From Anaeromyxobacter sp. (lineage in GTDB: Bacteria; Myxococcota; Myxococcia; Myxococcales; Anaeromyxobacteraceae): DNA of 64,000 nt. Of this stretch, positions 12,473-26,133 are shown piece after piece. The DNA is taken from the NCBI GenBank assembly GCA_049840735.1, contig JASGJN010000013.1, forward strand, positions 576,001 to 640,000, written 5' to 3'. A program made the position numbers and the translations under genes. How positions within the stretch are numbered: the first letter of the stretch is position 1; each line of letters begins with the position of its first letter. Below the pieces are notes generated by a model. It saw only the letters and a list, made by a program, of their open reading frames with translations. It did not search any database and was not told the origin of the DNA.

Positions 12473-12955
12473 ATGCGCGCCCGACTGAACGTCACGTGCC
12501 CCGCGCCCCTGCGCCTCGCCGCCCTGCTGCTGGCCGCGACCGCCGGCTGCGCCACCACCCAGGCCGCCAAGGTCCCGGCCGCGCCGGCCGGCTGCAACCT
12601 CGCCTTCGGCCGCTCGCGGACGATGGTCGTCTCGCCGCTGGGCGAGGTGGGGAAGAAGGTCATCCCGCTGACCTGCAGCGGGAAGCCGTACGCCGAGCTG
12701 GAGATCTACCTGGGCGACGAGAAGCACTGCCGCTCGCTGGCGGTGAAGTACGCCGGCAACAACGAGCGGGTGTGGCTGGTCCGGGCGCCGCGCCTCGACC
12801 CCGACTCGCCCATCGACTGGTCGCCGGGCAACGAGCGGGAGAACCAGTTCTACCATGTGTACGACGTGAAGCCGGCCGGCGACGGCCGCGCCGTGGCCTA
12901 CCGCGAAGGGAACGACGCCGAGGTCTTCGACGTGCTGGACGGCAAGAAGAGGTAG
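12473..12955 (+). CDS. Hypothetical lipoprotein
   Basis: LAALLLAATAGC lipobox; GGAG upstream; strong codon bias. Confidence 0.65.
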   Translation: MRARLNVTCPAPLRLAALLLAATAGCATTQAAKVPAAPAGCNLAFGRSRTMVVSPLGEVGKKVIPLTCSGKPYAELEIYLGDEKHCRSLAVKYAGNNERVWLVRAPRLDPDSPIDWSPGNERENQFYHVYDVKPAGDGRAVAYREGNDAEVFDVLDGKKR

Positions 12956-13130
12956 CGCCGCCGCCCCTGCGCGCACCTGCGGGCCCCGTCAGCGCTCCGG
13001 CGCGGCGGGGCCCGCGCCGCTGAAGGCGCGCGTCCTCCGGCGGACCCGCTGAAGCAGCGAGGCCCCGGCAACCGCCGGGGCCCTCGCGAACGGGACCGCC
13101 AACCTGGAGCCTGGGCCCGGGGCCCCCCAG

Positions 13131-13865
13131 CTACGAGTTCGGCACCGCGGCCGGAGCGGCCGGAGCAGCTGCAGCGGCCGGGGCGGGAGGAGCCGGCGGC
13201 GGCGCGCCGGGCGGCATGGCCGCCAGCGCCTCGCGCGCGCGCTGGGCCACGTAGCTGCCGTAGTCCGGCGCCACCCGGGTCTGGAACTCCTGCGTCACGT
13301 CCGGATCGTACTGGGTGAACGCCATGCCGCCGATGAGCGGGATGATGCCGATCTCCAGCCAGCCGATCTCGGTCCAGGTCCGGTCGAACTCGGCCTGACG
13401 GAACGTGAACTTGGCCGGGAGCTGCAGCTGCTGCGTGGCCCCGTCCCGCGTGCGGATGGCGACGCTGGTCTGCAGGTCGGCGGTGTAGCCGTAGCCCCAG
13501 ATGGCGGGCGCGAAGATCAGGAAGCCCGGCCAGTTCACGAAGAAGTTGGTGCCCTGGGCGCCGTAGGTCGGGACGACGCTGATGTCGTAGACGACATCCA
13601 CGTCCTTCTGCTGCGCACCGTCGCACGGATAGAGCACGCGGTCGTAGGTGGCGTCGCGGCGGAGCCCGTCGGCGATGGCGTCGATGTAGCGGCGGCTGGC
13701 CGGGTCGGACAGGTTGCGCGAGGTCAGGCCCACCGTGCGGGCCGGCTGCAGCGGCGCGGTCGGCGCCGGCCGGAACTCGTCGAGGTTGGTGATGCGCATG
13801 GCGTGCGTGCAGCCCGTGCCGATGGTGGCCGTGAGCAGCAGCGCCGCGAGGACGATTCGGTTCAT
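13131..13865 (-). CDS. Hypothetical lipoprotein
   Basis: MNRIVLAALLLTATIGTGC; two internal hydrophobic segments; Pro/Ala tail. Confidence 0.65.
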   Translation of the reverse strand: MNRIVLAALLLTATIGTGCTHAMRITNLDEFRPAPTAPLQPARTVGLTSRNLSDPASRRYIDAIADGLRRDATYDRVLYPCDGAQQKDVDVVYDISVVPTYGAQGTNFFVNWPGFLIFAPAIWGYGYTADLQTSVAIRTRDGATQQLQLPAKFTFRQAEFDRTWTEIGWLEIGIIPLIGGMAFTQYDPDVTQEFQTRVAPDYGSYVAQRAREALAAMPPGAPPPAPPAPAAAAAPAAPAAVPNS

Positions 13866-14025
13866 TGAGCTTCCCCGTGAGTCGGAAGTGTCGAAACGGA
13901 GGCTGCAATCTGCCTCTTCCGGGGAAGAACACGCATGCTCGTAGCGCCGCAGGGCTTCCCCGGGCACGTACGGATGGTCCGTGGAGCCGCGGCGCGCGGC
14001 GAGGTCGGATTCGTGAGGCGAGGTC

Positions 14026-15265
<1,240 letters not shown>

Positions 15266-15270
15266 GGTGT

Positions 15271-18096
<2,826 letters not shown>

Positions 18097-18155
18097 GCGG
18101 TGCCATTCTTAACGCCGGACCGGGGCTCCTGGCCCCTGATTCCGCACGGGATTCC

Positions 18156-19408
18156 GTGACCTCCGCGCCCGCCTTCCCGCCGCACCCGGAGGTCGCCTGG
18201 CGCGACGCCGCCGGCGAGCACCGCGCCCGCTGGCTGTCGCCCAGCAGCCCACCTCCGGCGCGGCTCGGCACTGCGGGTGACACGACCACCGCCGGTGCGG
18301 CCCTGGCGCGCGCCCGCGCCGGGGAGGCGCTGATCTACGCGGGGGATCACCAGAACGCCCGCCAGCTCCTGGCCGCCATGGGCCGGCGGCTGGAGCGCGA
18401 GGGCGAACGCGGGCCCCGTTCGGGACGGAAAGGGAAGCGCCCCGATCGGGGCATTCGCCGCGACGAGCGCCCCGTTGGGGGCGATACGGCCCGCCTCGGG
18501 GAAGCGCCAGCAGAGCCCGGCCCCGAGGCGCTGCGCGGGCTGTTCCTGGAGGAGCGGCGGCGGAATCCGGCTCGAGCACGACCTGCTCTCCCGGTTGCTG
18601 GTGCCGCTCGACCCGGGCTACCGCGTGGCGCTGCGCCGGGCGCCCGACCTGGCGGAGGCCTGCGCCGAGGCGCTCGGTCCCCCGCCGGATGGGCCGGCGC
18701 TGCTGCCGCTGCGCGATCTGCTGGGGCTGGTGGGCGCGCACGAGTGGCGGCGCCTCGGCGTCGAGGTCCCGGCGCTGGGGGCGCGCGTCCACCCGCACTA
18801 CGGCGTGTACGCGCCCATCCGCGGCGAGTACGTGGGGCTGGTGGCCGAGGCCGCGGCGCGCTGGCCGGTGGCGGGCCGGCGCGCGCTCGACGTCGGCACC
18901 GGCACCGGCGTGCTGGCCCTGGTGCTGGCCCAGCGCGGCGCGCGCGTCACCGCCACCGACCTGTCGGCGCGCGCGGTGGCCTGCGCGCGCGACAACGCCG
19001 CCCGGCTCGGGCTGGCGGTGGACGTGCAGGAGGCGGACGGCCTCTCCGGCGAGGGCTGGGACCTGGTGGTCTGCAACCCGCCCTGGCTCCCAGCCGACGC
19101 GCACACGCTGCTGGACCGGGCCGTCTACAATCCGGGCGGCCGCTTCCTGGAGCGGCTGCTGGCCGCGCTGCCGGCGGCGCTGGCCCCCGGCGGCGAGGCC
19201 TGGATCGTGATCTCGGATTCTGGCCGAGCGGCTGGGGCTGCGCGCGGCGGGGGCGCTGGAGCGGCGCGCGGCGGCGGCGGGGTTGAAGGTGGACGGCGTG
19301 CTCGAGACGCTGCCCACCCACCCCCGGGCGCGCGACGCCGCCGACCCGCTGCACGCGGCCCGCTCTCGCGAGGTGACGCGGCTGCTGCGCCTGGTACGGG
19401 CGAGCTGA
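18156..19408 (+). CDS. Class I SAM-dependent methyltransferase; frameshifts near 18565 and 19215
   Basis: HPHYGVYAPIRGEY, ALDVGTGTGVLA, LVVCNPPW. Confidence 0.8.
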
Positions 19409-19436
19409 ACAGGGCCGCGCCCCGCGGCCGCTTCCC

Positions 19437-19823
19437 TCACCAGTCCCGCTCGGCCACCAGCTCCCACAGCTCGCGGAGCAGCACCGCCTCGTCCGCCACG
19501 TTCACCTCCACGAAGCGGCGCAGGTGCTCGGCCGACTCGAGATCCAGCTCGTCGCAGCGGAAGCCGACGCGGCGCTCGTGGCGGTGGGCGATCTCGCCGT
19601 CCATGCGGATGCGCGCCTCGCCCACGTCGTCGAGGGGGACCGTCAGCGAGCAGGTGACGCCGGCGGTGAGCCCCGCCGGCTCGCCTTCCAGCTCGATCAG
19701 CGCGCCCTTGAGCGAGAGGTCCACCAGCGTCCCCTCGTGCCGCCGGCCGCTCACGTCGAGGACGGCAGGGCGATCGAACTTGATGCGCGTGAACCGTCGC
19801 CTGGCACGCTCGTTCTCGTCCAC
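19437..19823 (-). CDS. Stand-alone PilZ domain protein
   Basis: RRRFTRI (RxxxR) and DLSLKG (DxSxxG); GGAGGG RBS before GTG. Confidence 0.88.
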   Translation of the reverse strand: MDENERARRRFTRIKFDRPAVLDVSGRRHEGTLVDLSLKGALIELEGEPAGLTAGVTCSLTVPLDDVGEARIRMDGEIAHRHERRVGFRCDELDLESAEHLRRFVEVNVADEAVLLRELWELVAERDW

Positions 19824-19973
19824 GGTGCCCTCCCGCCAGCGCACCAGATTGTCACCCCCCGGGCCAGGCCGCGCAAGGCGTCCCCGCCGCGGCCCGCCAG
19901 GGACGCCCCCGAACCGACCGCAACGGGTGAAGGTGGAGGCCTATCCCCGCCAGATCAGCGGGTCCGGGAGGCA

Positions 19974-21299
19974 GTCCTGCAGGAGATCGCGTTCGAGCTC
20001 GGGGTGGTGCTGCTGCTGGTGCTGGCGAACGGGGTCTTCTCCGGCGCCGAGATCGCGGTCATCTCGCTGCGCAGGACCCGGCTCGCGCAGCTGGTGGAGG
20101 AGCGCCGGGCCGGGGCGCGCGCGGTCCACCAGCTCCGCCAGAGCCCGGAGCGCTTCCTGGCCACCGTCCAGATCGGCGTGACGGTGGTGGGCGCGGCCGC
20201 GGCCGCCTTCGGCGGCGCCGCGCTGGCCGCGCGGTTGGCGCCGCTCCTGGCCGGCGTGCCCTGGGTGGCGCCGCACGCCGAGGCGGCGGCCCTCGCCATC
20301 GTGGTGGCGCTGGTCTCGTTCCTCTCGCTGGTGCTGGGCGAGCTGGTGCCCAAGTCGCTGGCGCTGCGCGGGGCGGAGCGGTACGCGCTCTGGGTGGGGC
20401 GGCCGCTGCTGGCGCTCTCGACGCTGGCGCGCCCGCTGGTGTGGCTCCTCACCGGCGCCTCCAACCTGGTGCTCCGGCCCTTCGGCGACCACACCACCTT
20501 CACCGAGGCCCGGCTCTCCGCCGACGAGCTGGAGCAGCTGGTGGACGAGGCGGGCCGGGCCGGCGCGCTCGACCAGCCCACCGCCGAGCTGACCTCGCGC
20601 GCGCTGGCCTTCCGCGACCTCACCGCCGCCGACGTGATGGTGCCGCGCAGCCGCATCAGCGCCCTGCCCCGCAACGCCTCGCAGGAGGAGCTGCGGCGGC
20701 GGCTGCTGGAGGAGGGGCGCTCGCGCATGCCGGTCTACGAGGGCTCGCTGGACGGGATCCTCGGCTACGTGATGGCGAAGGACCTGGCGGCCATGGCCTG
20801 GGAGCGCCCGCTGCTGGTGCTGGACGACCTCCTGCGGCCGGTCCACTTCGTCCCGGAGACCGCCCGGGCGGTGCAGGTGCTGCGCGAGCTGCAGCGCCGG
20901 CGCACGCAGCTGGCGGTGGTGGTGGACGAGCACGGCGGGGTGGCCGGGCTGCTCACGCTGGAGGACCTGGTCGAGGAGCTGGTGGGGGACATCCTGGGCG
21001 AGCGCGAGGAGCCCTCGCCGCTCTGGACGGCCCAGCCGGACGGCACCACGCTGGTGCGGGGGGAGGCGCCGCTGCGCGAGGTGAACCGCGCGCTGGGGCT
21101 GTCCCTGCCGGAGGGGGACGACTACAGCACGGTGGCCGGGCTGGTGGTGGGGCTGGCCGGCGCGGTGCCGGAGCGCGGCGCCCGCGTGCGCACGGAGGCG
21201 GCGGTGCTGGAGGTGGTGGACGCCTCGGCGCGGCGGGTGCGGATGGTGCGGATCCACGCGGCGCCGGCAGCCGGGACCGCGGAGCCGCAGCAGGCCTGA
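19974..21299 (+). CDS. HlyC/CorC (DUF21-CBS-CorC) family protein; start approximate
   Basis: LANGVFSGAEIAVIS, FLATVQIGVT, GELVPK, VDEHGGVAGLLTLEDLVEELVGDI. Confidence 0.9.
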   Translation, partial: VLQEIAFELGVVLLLVLANGVFSGAEIAVISLRRTRLAQLVEERRAGARAVHQLRQSPERFLATVQIGVTVVGAAAAAFGGAALAARLAPLLAGVPWVAPHAEAAALAIVVALVSFLSLVLGELVPKSLALRGAERYALWVGRPLLALSTLARPLVWLLTGASNLVLRPFGDHTTFTEARLSADELEQLVDEAGRAGALDQPTAELTSRALAFRDLTAADVMVPRSRISALPRNASQEELRRRLLEEGRSRMPVYEGSLDGILGYVMAKDLAAMAWERPLLVLDDLLRPVHFVPETARAVQVLRELQRRRTQLAVVVDEHGGVAGLLTLEDLVEELVGDILGEREEPSPLWTAQPDGTTLVRGEAPLREVNRALGLSLPEGDDYSTVAGLVVGLAGAVPERGARVRTEAAVLEVVDASARRVRMVRIHAAPAAGTAEPQQA

Positions 21300-22221
21300 G
21301 CGGTCTTCGGCACGTCGGCCCATGTGCCGACCGGCAGGCGGACCAGCGGCGCCCTTCGACTCCGCTCGCCCTGAGCCTGCCGAAGGGCTCAGGGCGAGCG
21401 GTCTTTCCGGCTCCGTTCGGGCTGAGCGTCGCGAGCCCGCAGGGCTCGCGGAGTCGAAGCCCAGGCCCCGCACGCACGCCCGGACGCGTGGCCCGCGTCC
21501 AGCTCAGCGCCGCGCCAGCCGCAGCAGGCCTGAGCGGTCTTCACGCCGTGGGCCCATGGCCGACCGGCAGGCGGACCAGCGGCGCCCTTCGACTCCGCCG
21601 CAGCTTCGCTGCGGCTACGCTCAGGGCGAGCGGTCTTTCCGGCTCCGTTCGGGCTGAGCGTCGCGAGCCCGCAGGGCTCGCGGAGTCGAAGCCCAGGCCC
21701 CGCGCGCACGCCCGGACGCGTGGCCCGCGTCCAGCTCAGCGCACGCGCCAGCCCCAGCAGGCCTGACCGGTCTTCACGACGTCAGCCCATGCCGACCGGC
21801 AGGCGGACCAGCGGCGCCCTTCGACTCCGCTCGCCCTGAGCCTGCCGAAGGGCTCAGGGCGAGCGGTCTTTCCGGCTCCGTTCGGGCTGAGCGTAGCGAG
21901 CCCGCAGGGCTCGCGGAGTCGAAGCCCAGGCCCCGCACGCACGCCCGGACGCGTGGCCCGCGTCCAGCTCAGCGCCGCGCCAGCCGCAGCAGGCCTGAGC
22001 GGTCTTCACGACCTCGGCCCATGAAGCCGACCGGCAGGCGGACCAGCGGCGCCCTTCGACTCCGCCGCAGCTTCGCTGCGGCTACGCTCAGGGCGAGCGG
22101 TCTTTCCGGCTCCGTTCGGGCTGAGCGTAGCGAGCCCGCAGGGCTCGCGGAGTCGAAGCCCAGGCCCCGCGCGCACGCCCGGACGCGTGGCCCGCGTCCA
22201 GCTCAGCGCCGCGCCAGCCGC
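21283..22221. repeat. Tandem array of 4 x ~233 bp units, each holding an inverted REP pair (BIME-like), alternating ABAB
   Basis: Units start at 21283, 21517, 21750 and 21982 (234, 233, 232, 234 bp) and are bounded by AGCCGC (AGCCCC in unit 3). Confidence 0.95.
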
Positions 22222-22571
22222 TCGACCGCGTCGAGCAGGTCGCCCAGCTCGAAGGGCTTCGACAGGTAGGCGGTGGCGGTGGGCAGCGGCGAGCCGGTGG
22301 TGGGCATGGCCGCGGTCATGAGGACCACCGGCAGCTCGCGCAGCGTGGCGTCGGCGGCCAGCGCCTCCAGGAACTGCGTGCCGTTCATCACCGGCATGAC
22401 GAGGTCGAGCACGACCAGCCGCGGGCGCCCGCCGTCCTTGAGCCAGCGCAGCCCCTCGGCGCCGTTGGGGGCCGAGACGATCTCGTAGCCCTCGAGCTCC
22501 AGGCACTCGCGGACGCTCTCGCGGATGGCGGAGTCGTCCTCTACCAGCAGGATGGTGGGGTTCGCGCTCAC
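22203..22571 (-). CDS. Single-domain CheY-like response regulator
   Basis: ILLVEDD, LVVLDLVMP, LMTA, YLSKPF. Confidence 0.9.
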   Translation of the reverse strand: MSANPTILLVEDDSAIRESVRECLELEGYEIVSAPNGAEGLRWLKDGGRPRLVVLDLVMPVMNGTQFLEALAADATLRELPVVLMTAAMPTTGSPLPTATAYLSKPFELGDLLDAVERLARR

Positions 22572-22641
22572 GAGCCGCTCTCCACCTGGCCTCATACCAT
22601 CGATTCGCGCGTTGGCGGCGCCCCGAACGGGCGCCCGCGAC

Positions 22642-23180
22642 TCAGATGTCGAGCGTGGCCGGCGGCTCGAACAGCGGCGCCGGCGACGGGCCCTGGTCCG
22701 GCGCCGACCCGATGGCGGGTGGCCGGGCGGCAACCGTCGGGCCGCGCGGGACGGCGCCGCGCAGCCGTAGGCGGCGCGGACGTGGGCCACCAGCGCCTCC
22801 AGCTCGAGGGCCGCGTCGCCCTGCCCCTCCAGCAGCGCCGCGTGGTAGCGCGCCAGCAGCTCGGGATCGCTGAGGAGCTTGGGCGCGGTCAGGTTGCGGC
22901 AGACGTAGTCGGGCGTGACGCAGGCCTGGTGCACCGCGGTGCGCCAGTCGGACAGGGTGCGCGGCTCGCAGCTGCCCGGGGTGAGCGCGCGCCACCCGCT
23001 CGCGGCGAAGGCGCCCAGCAGCGCCAGCCCCAGCAGCGCCCCGGCCGCGCGCGTGAGCCAGCCGATGCCGCCGGTGCGTCGCGCGGGCAGCCGGGTGCGG
23101 GCCGGGGCGGCGATGCCGCAGCGTGAACAGGCGGCGGCGCGGGCGGGGAGCGGTGCGGCGCAGAGCGGACACGGCGACAT
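22642..23180 (-). CDS. Hypothetical membrane protein with N-terminal zinc ribbon; frameshift near 22715
   Basis: CPLC...CSRC, TM segment, Cys-containing domain; LPPGHPP continues as IGSAPDQ...TLDI in another frame. Confidence 0.55.
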
Positions 23181-23304
23181 GCAGGACCTCCGCAGCCCGA
23201 GGGCCACCGGGATCACATAAGGCTCGCCCGGCGGCGCTGCCGCGCCCGGGACCGTCCCCGACGGGCAGGCGGGCCAGCTGATGCGGGGCGCGGCCGGCCA
23301 CCGG

Positions 23305-25219
23305 TCAGGGGCGGAAGCGCCGCTCGATCCGGGCGCGCAGCAGCTCCAGCAGCGCGCTGGCGGTCAGCCCGGCCCCGTCCGCCACCGTCAGCTCCAGCCG
23401 GCGCTGGCCGGCCACGTGGGCGCCCGGGGAGAGCGACCCCTTGGGCCCGAGCACCTCCACCGCCCCGGGCTCCAGCTCCACCTCGTAGGGGACCAGGTAG
23501 AGCTCGGCGAAGCGGCGGCGCAGCCGCTCGGCGGTCAGCGCCTCCGCCTCGGCCGGCAGCAGCTGGAAGCCCAGCGCCGTCCCAGCCAGCGTGGCCGTCA
23601 CCTCCGCCACCAGCCCCAGCCGCAGCGCGTGCGGCCCCAGCGCCTCCAGCCCGTCCACCTCGCCGTAGCGCCAGTAGCTGCGCAGCACCGCGCCGCAGGC
23701 GGCGCAGACCAGGCCGTGCAGCGTGTCCAGCCCGCGCGTCCGGTGCAGGTGGCGCGCCGGCCCCTCCTGGCCGCAGCCCGGACAGGCCTGCACCGGCCCC
23801 AGCGCAGCCAGCACCTCGCGCGCCACGTCCGCCACCGCCGGCCGCGTGAGCGCGATGCGCACGCCGGCCAGCAGCTCGGCCGCCGAGAGCTGCAGCCCGG
23901 CGGTCACCTGCCCGCCCGCCTCGCGCGCGCCCAGCACCAGGTGGCGCGGCAGGCGCGCCAGCGCGCGCGGCAGGTCCGGCGCCCCGGGCCAGCGCGCCGC
24001 CGCGCGGTCCCAGACAGCGGCCCAGCCCTCGGCGGTGGCCAGCGTGTCGGGCGGGCGCCCTCCAGCCTCCTCGGCCAGGAAGGCCAGGCAGGTGAGGCCC
24101 ACCTCCCACGGCGCCGTCCCGGCAACATCCTCCAGCGTCCGCGCCAGCGCGCGGGCCTCGGCGGTGGCGCGCTGCCGGTCCAGTCGCGCCGCGCCGCGGC
24201 GCACCAGCTCGCCCTCGCCCAGCGGGTCGAAGGCCCGGCGCGCGCCGGTCGGCCCGCGCCGCTCGATCTCCTTCATGGCGCTCCTCCTGGCGCGGGTCAG
24301 CTCCCGCGCCGCGCCCTCCAGCTTTCCCAGCCGCAGGAGCGCGTCACCCCGCGCCGCCGCGGCCTCCTCGGCCAGCTCGGCGGCGGTTCTCGGCCACCAT
24401 GTCGCCGCCCGCCTCGGCGCGCCGCGCGGCCTCGGCCCGCAGCCGCTCCGTGTCGCAGCGCAGGAGCCGCTCGCGCTCCCGCGCCAGCGAGGCGGCGATG
24501 CGCGAGAGCGTGGCGATGCGGGTCTCGAGGTGGGCCAGCCGGGCCTCCTCGGTCAGCTCGCCCGGCGGCTCCCCTGCGCCCACCCGCTCGGCCATCACCT
24601 CGAGCGCGGTGCGGTCGCCGCGGGCGTAGGCCTCGTTGACCCGGGCCATCAGGTCGGAGAGCCGGGCCTGCTCGGCGGGATCGCTGGCCAGGTCGGGGTG
24701 GAGCACGCGCGCCAGCCGGCGGTAGAGCCGCTTGAGCGCGACCTCCTCGGCCTCCAGCTCGGGCGGCAGATCCTCGACCGCGGGCTCGGGCTGGTCGGCC
24801 GGCTCCTCACCTGCCGACGGGTCCTGCGCGTCGTCTGCCGGGTCGCGCGCCCAGGCGGCGCCCGCCGCGCCGCCGCGCGCCGCCTTCCGCGAACGGCGCC
24901 GGCGCGGGCGGGGCGGCGAGGGCTCACCGGCCTTGAGCCGGACGGCCAGCGACAGCAGCGCGTCCTCCAGCCGCTGCAGCCGCAGCACCAGCCGCTCGGC
25001 CACCGAGAGGTCGGCGAAGGCCCCGCCCAGCGCGCGCTCCCAGCCGCGCGAGAACTCGGCCAGCGCCGTCGAGCGCTGCTCCAGCTCCAGGTCCAGCGCG
25101 GCGATCTCCTCCAGCAGCGCGCGCAGCCGGGCCTCGGCCTCGACCGACGGGCGAGGCCCGGCTTGGGGGCTGGTTCGGACCAGCGCCTGGGCGGGGGCGA
25201 GCGCGTCCGGGCGGGGCAT
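23305..25219 (-). CDS. Atypical J-domain protein (internal HPD, coiled coils, C-terminal Cys4); frameshift near 24390
   Basis: LKRLYRRLARVLHPDL...MARVNEAY; CPGC...CAAC; two same-strand ORFs join across one indel. Confidence 0.7.
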
Positions 25220-25231
25220 CGCCCCGTTGTA

Positions 25232-26038
25232 TCACCCGGCGGCCGGGGTGGTGGAGGGGCCGGCGTCCCGGCGGCGGGTCGCCAGCCGCCACGTCCCCCA
25301 GGCGATCAGCATCAGGGCCGCGTACTGGGCCGGGGTGAGGCCGAGGTAGCGGGCGTCCGGCTTCATGACCGTCGAGCCCACGTCCACCAGCTCCCGGGTG
25401 CGCAGGAAGTCGAGGCCGAACCGGCCCAGCCCGTAGAGCAGCGCCAGCAGCGAGAGCAGGTAGCCGCGCAGCACGCCGCGCCGGTGGAGCGCCCAGAGGA
25501 GCGCGCCCAGGGCGAAGAGCAGCACCGCCTCGTAGAGCCCCAGGTCGTGGCGCGGTCCGGAGGGGAAGTCCACGGCCAGGAAGAAGTCGGTGCGCACGCC
25601 CGGGTGATCGTGGACGGTGAAGCAGCCCGCCCGCGCCACGCCCCAGCCCGGCGCCACCCCCAGCGCCAGCGCGTCGGCGTAGGGCGCGAAGCGGATGCCC
25701 TTCCAGCGGAACCAGATCACCGCCGCCAGGATGCCGCCGAAGAGGCCGCCCATGGAGGAGAGCCCCTCCCAGATCCGGAGGATGGCCCAGCCCTGCAGCT
25801 CCTCCGGGTGGTAGAGGAACAGGTGCGCCAGGTGCCCGGCCACCACGCCGGAGACCACGCCCACCACCGCGAAGTCGAGGATCACCTGGTCGGACTGGCC
25901 GTCGCGCTTCGCGGTGCGCGAGGCGATCCAGACCGCCAGGAAGATGCCCAGGCCGGCCAGCACGCCGAAGGACTGGACGACGAAGGGCCCGAGGTGGAGG
26001 GACGGGAACTCGAAGTTCGGGATGAAGGCGAGCGGCAT
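25232..26038 (-). CDS. lgt: Prolipoprotein diacylglyceryl transferase family protein
   Basis: GLSSMGGLFGG, YADALA, ARAGCF, HDLGLYE, RFGLDFLR; multiple TM helices. Confidence 0.8.
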   Translation of the reverse strand: MPLAFIPNFEFPSLHLGPFVVQSFGVLAGLGIFLAVWIASRTAKRDGQSDQVILDFAVVGVVSGVVAGHLAHLFLYHPEELQGWAILRIWEGLSSMGGLFGGILAAVIWFRWKGIRFAPYADALALGVAPGWGVARAGCFTVHDHPGVRTDFFLAVDFPSGPRHDLGLYEAVLLFALGALLWALHRRGVLRGYLLSLLALLYGLGRFGLDFLRTRELVDVGSTVMKPDARYLGLTPAQYAALMLIAWGTWRLATRRRDAGPSTTPAAG

Positions 26039-26133
26039 CGCCCGCTCTCTACCACTCTTCCGGCGGCGGCGCCCCCACCCTGGCGCCGCCCCGGTGGGCA
26101 CCGGGAGGGCGCCGCCGCAGGAAGGCGCGGTGA

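Noticed and set aside
21283..22221. CRISPR array
   Set aside because: Units are ~233 bp, the variable parts are related to each other rather than unique spacers, and no cas genes are present
20953..22269. Repeated small ORFs such as MRAGPGLRLREPCGLATLSPNG
   Set aside because: They are translations of the REP array, with no RBS or coding bias
22203..23216. Zinc-ribbon / response regulator fusion ORF
   Set aside because: Created by an indel near 22715; the upstream gene has its own stop at 22642 and the receiver domain has its own start
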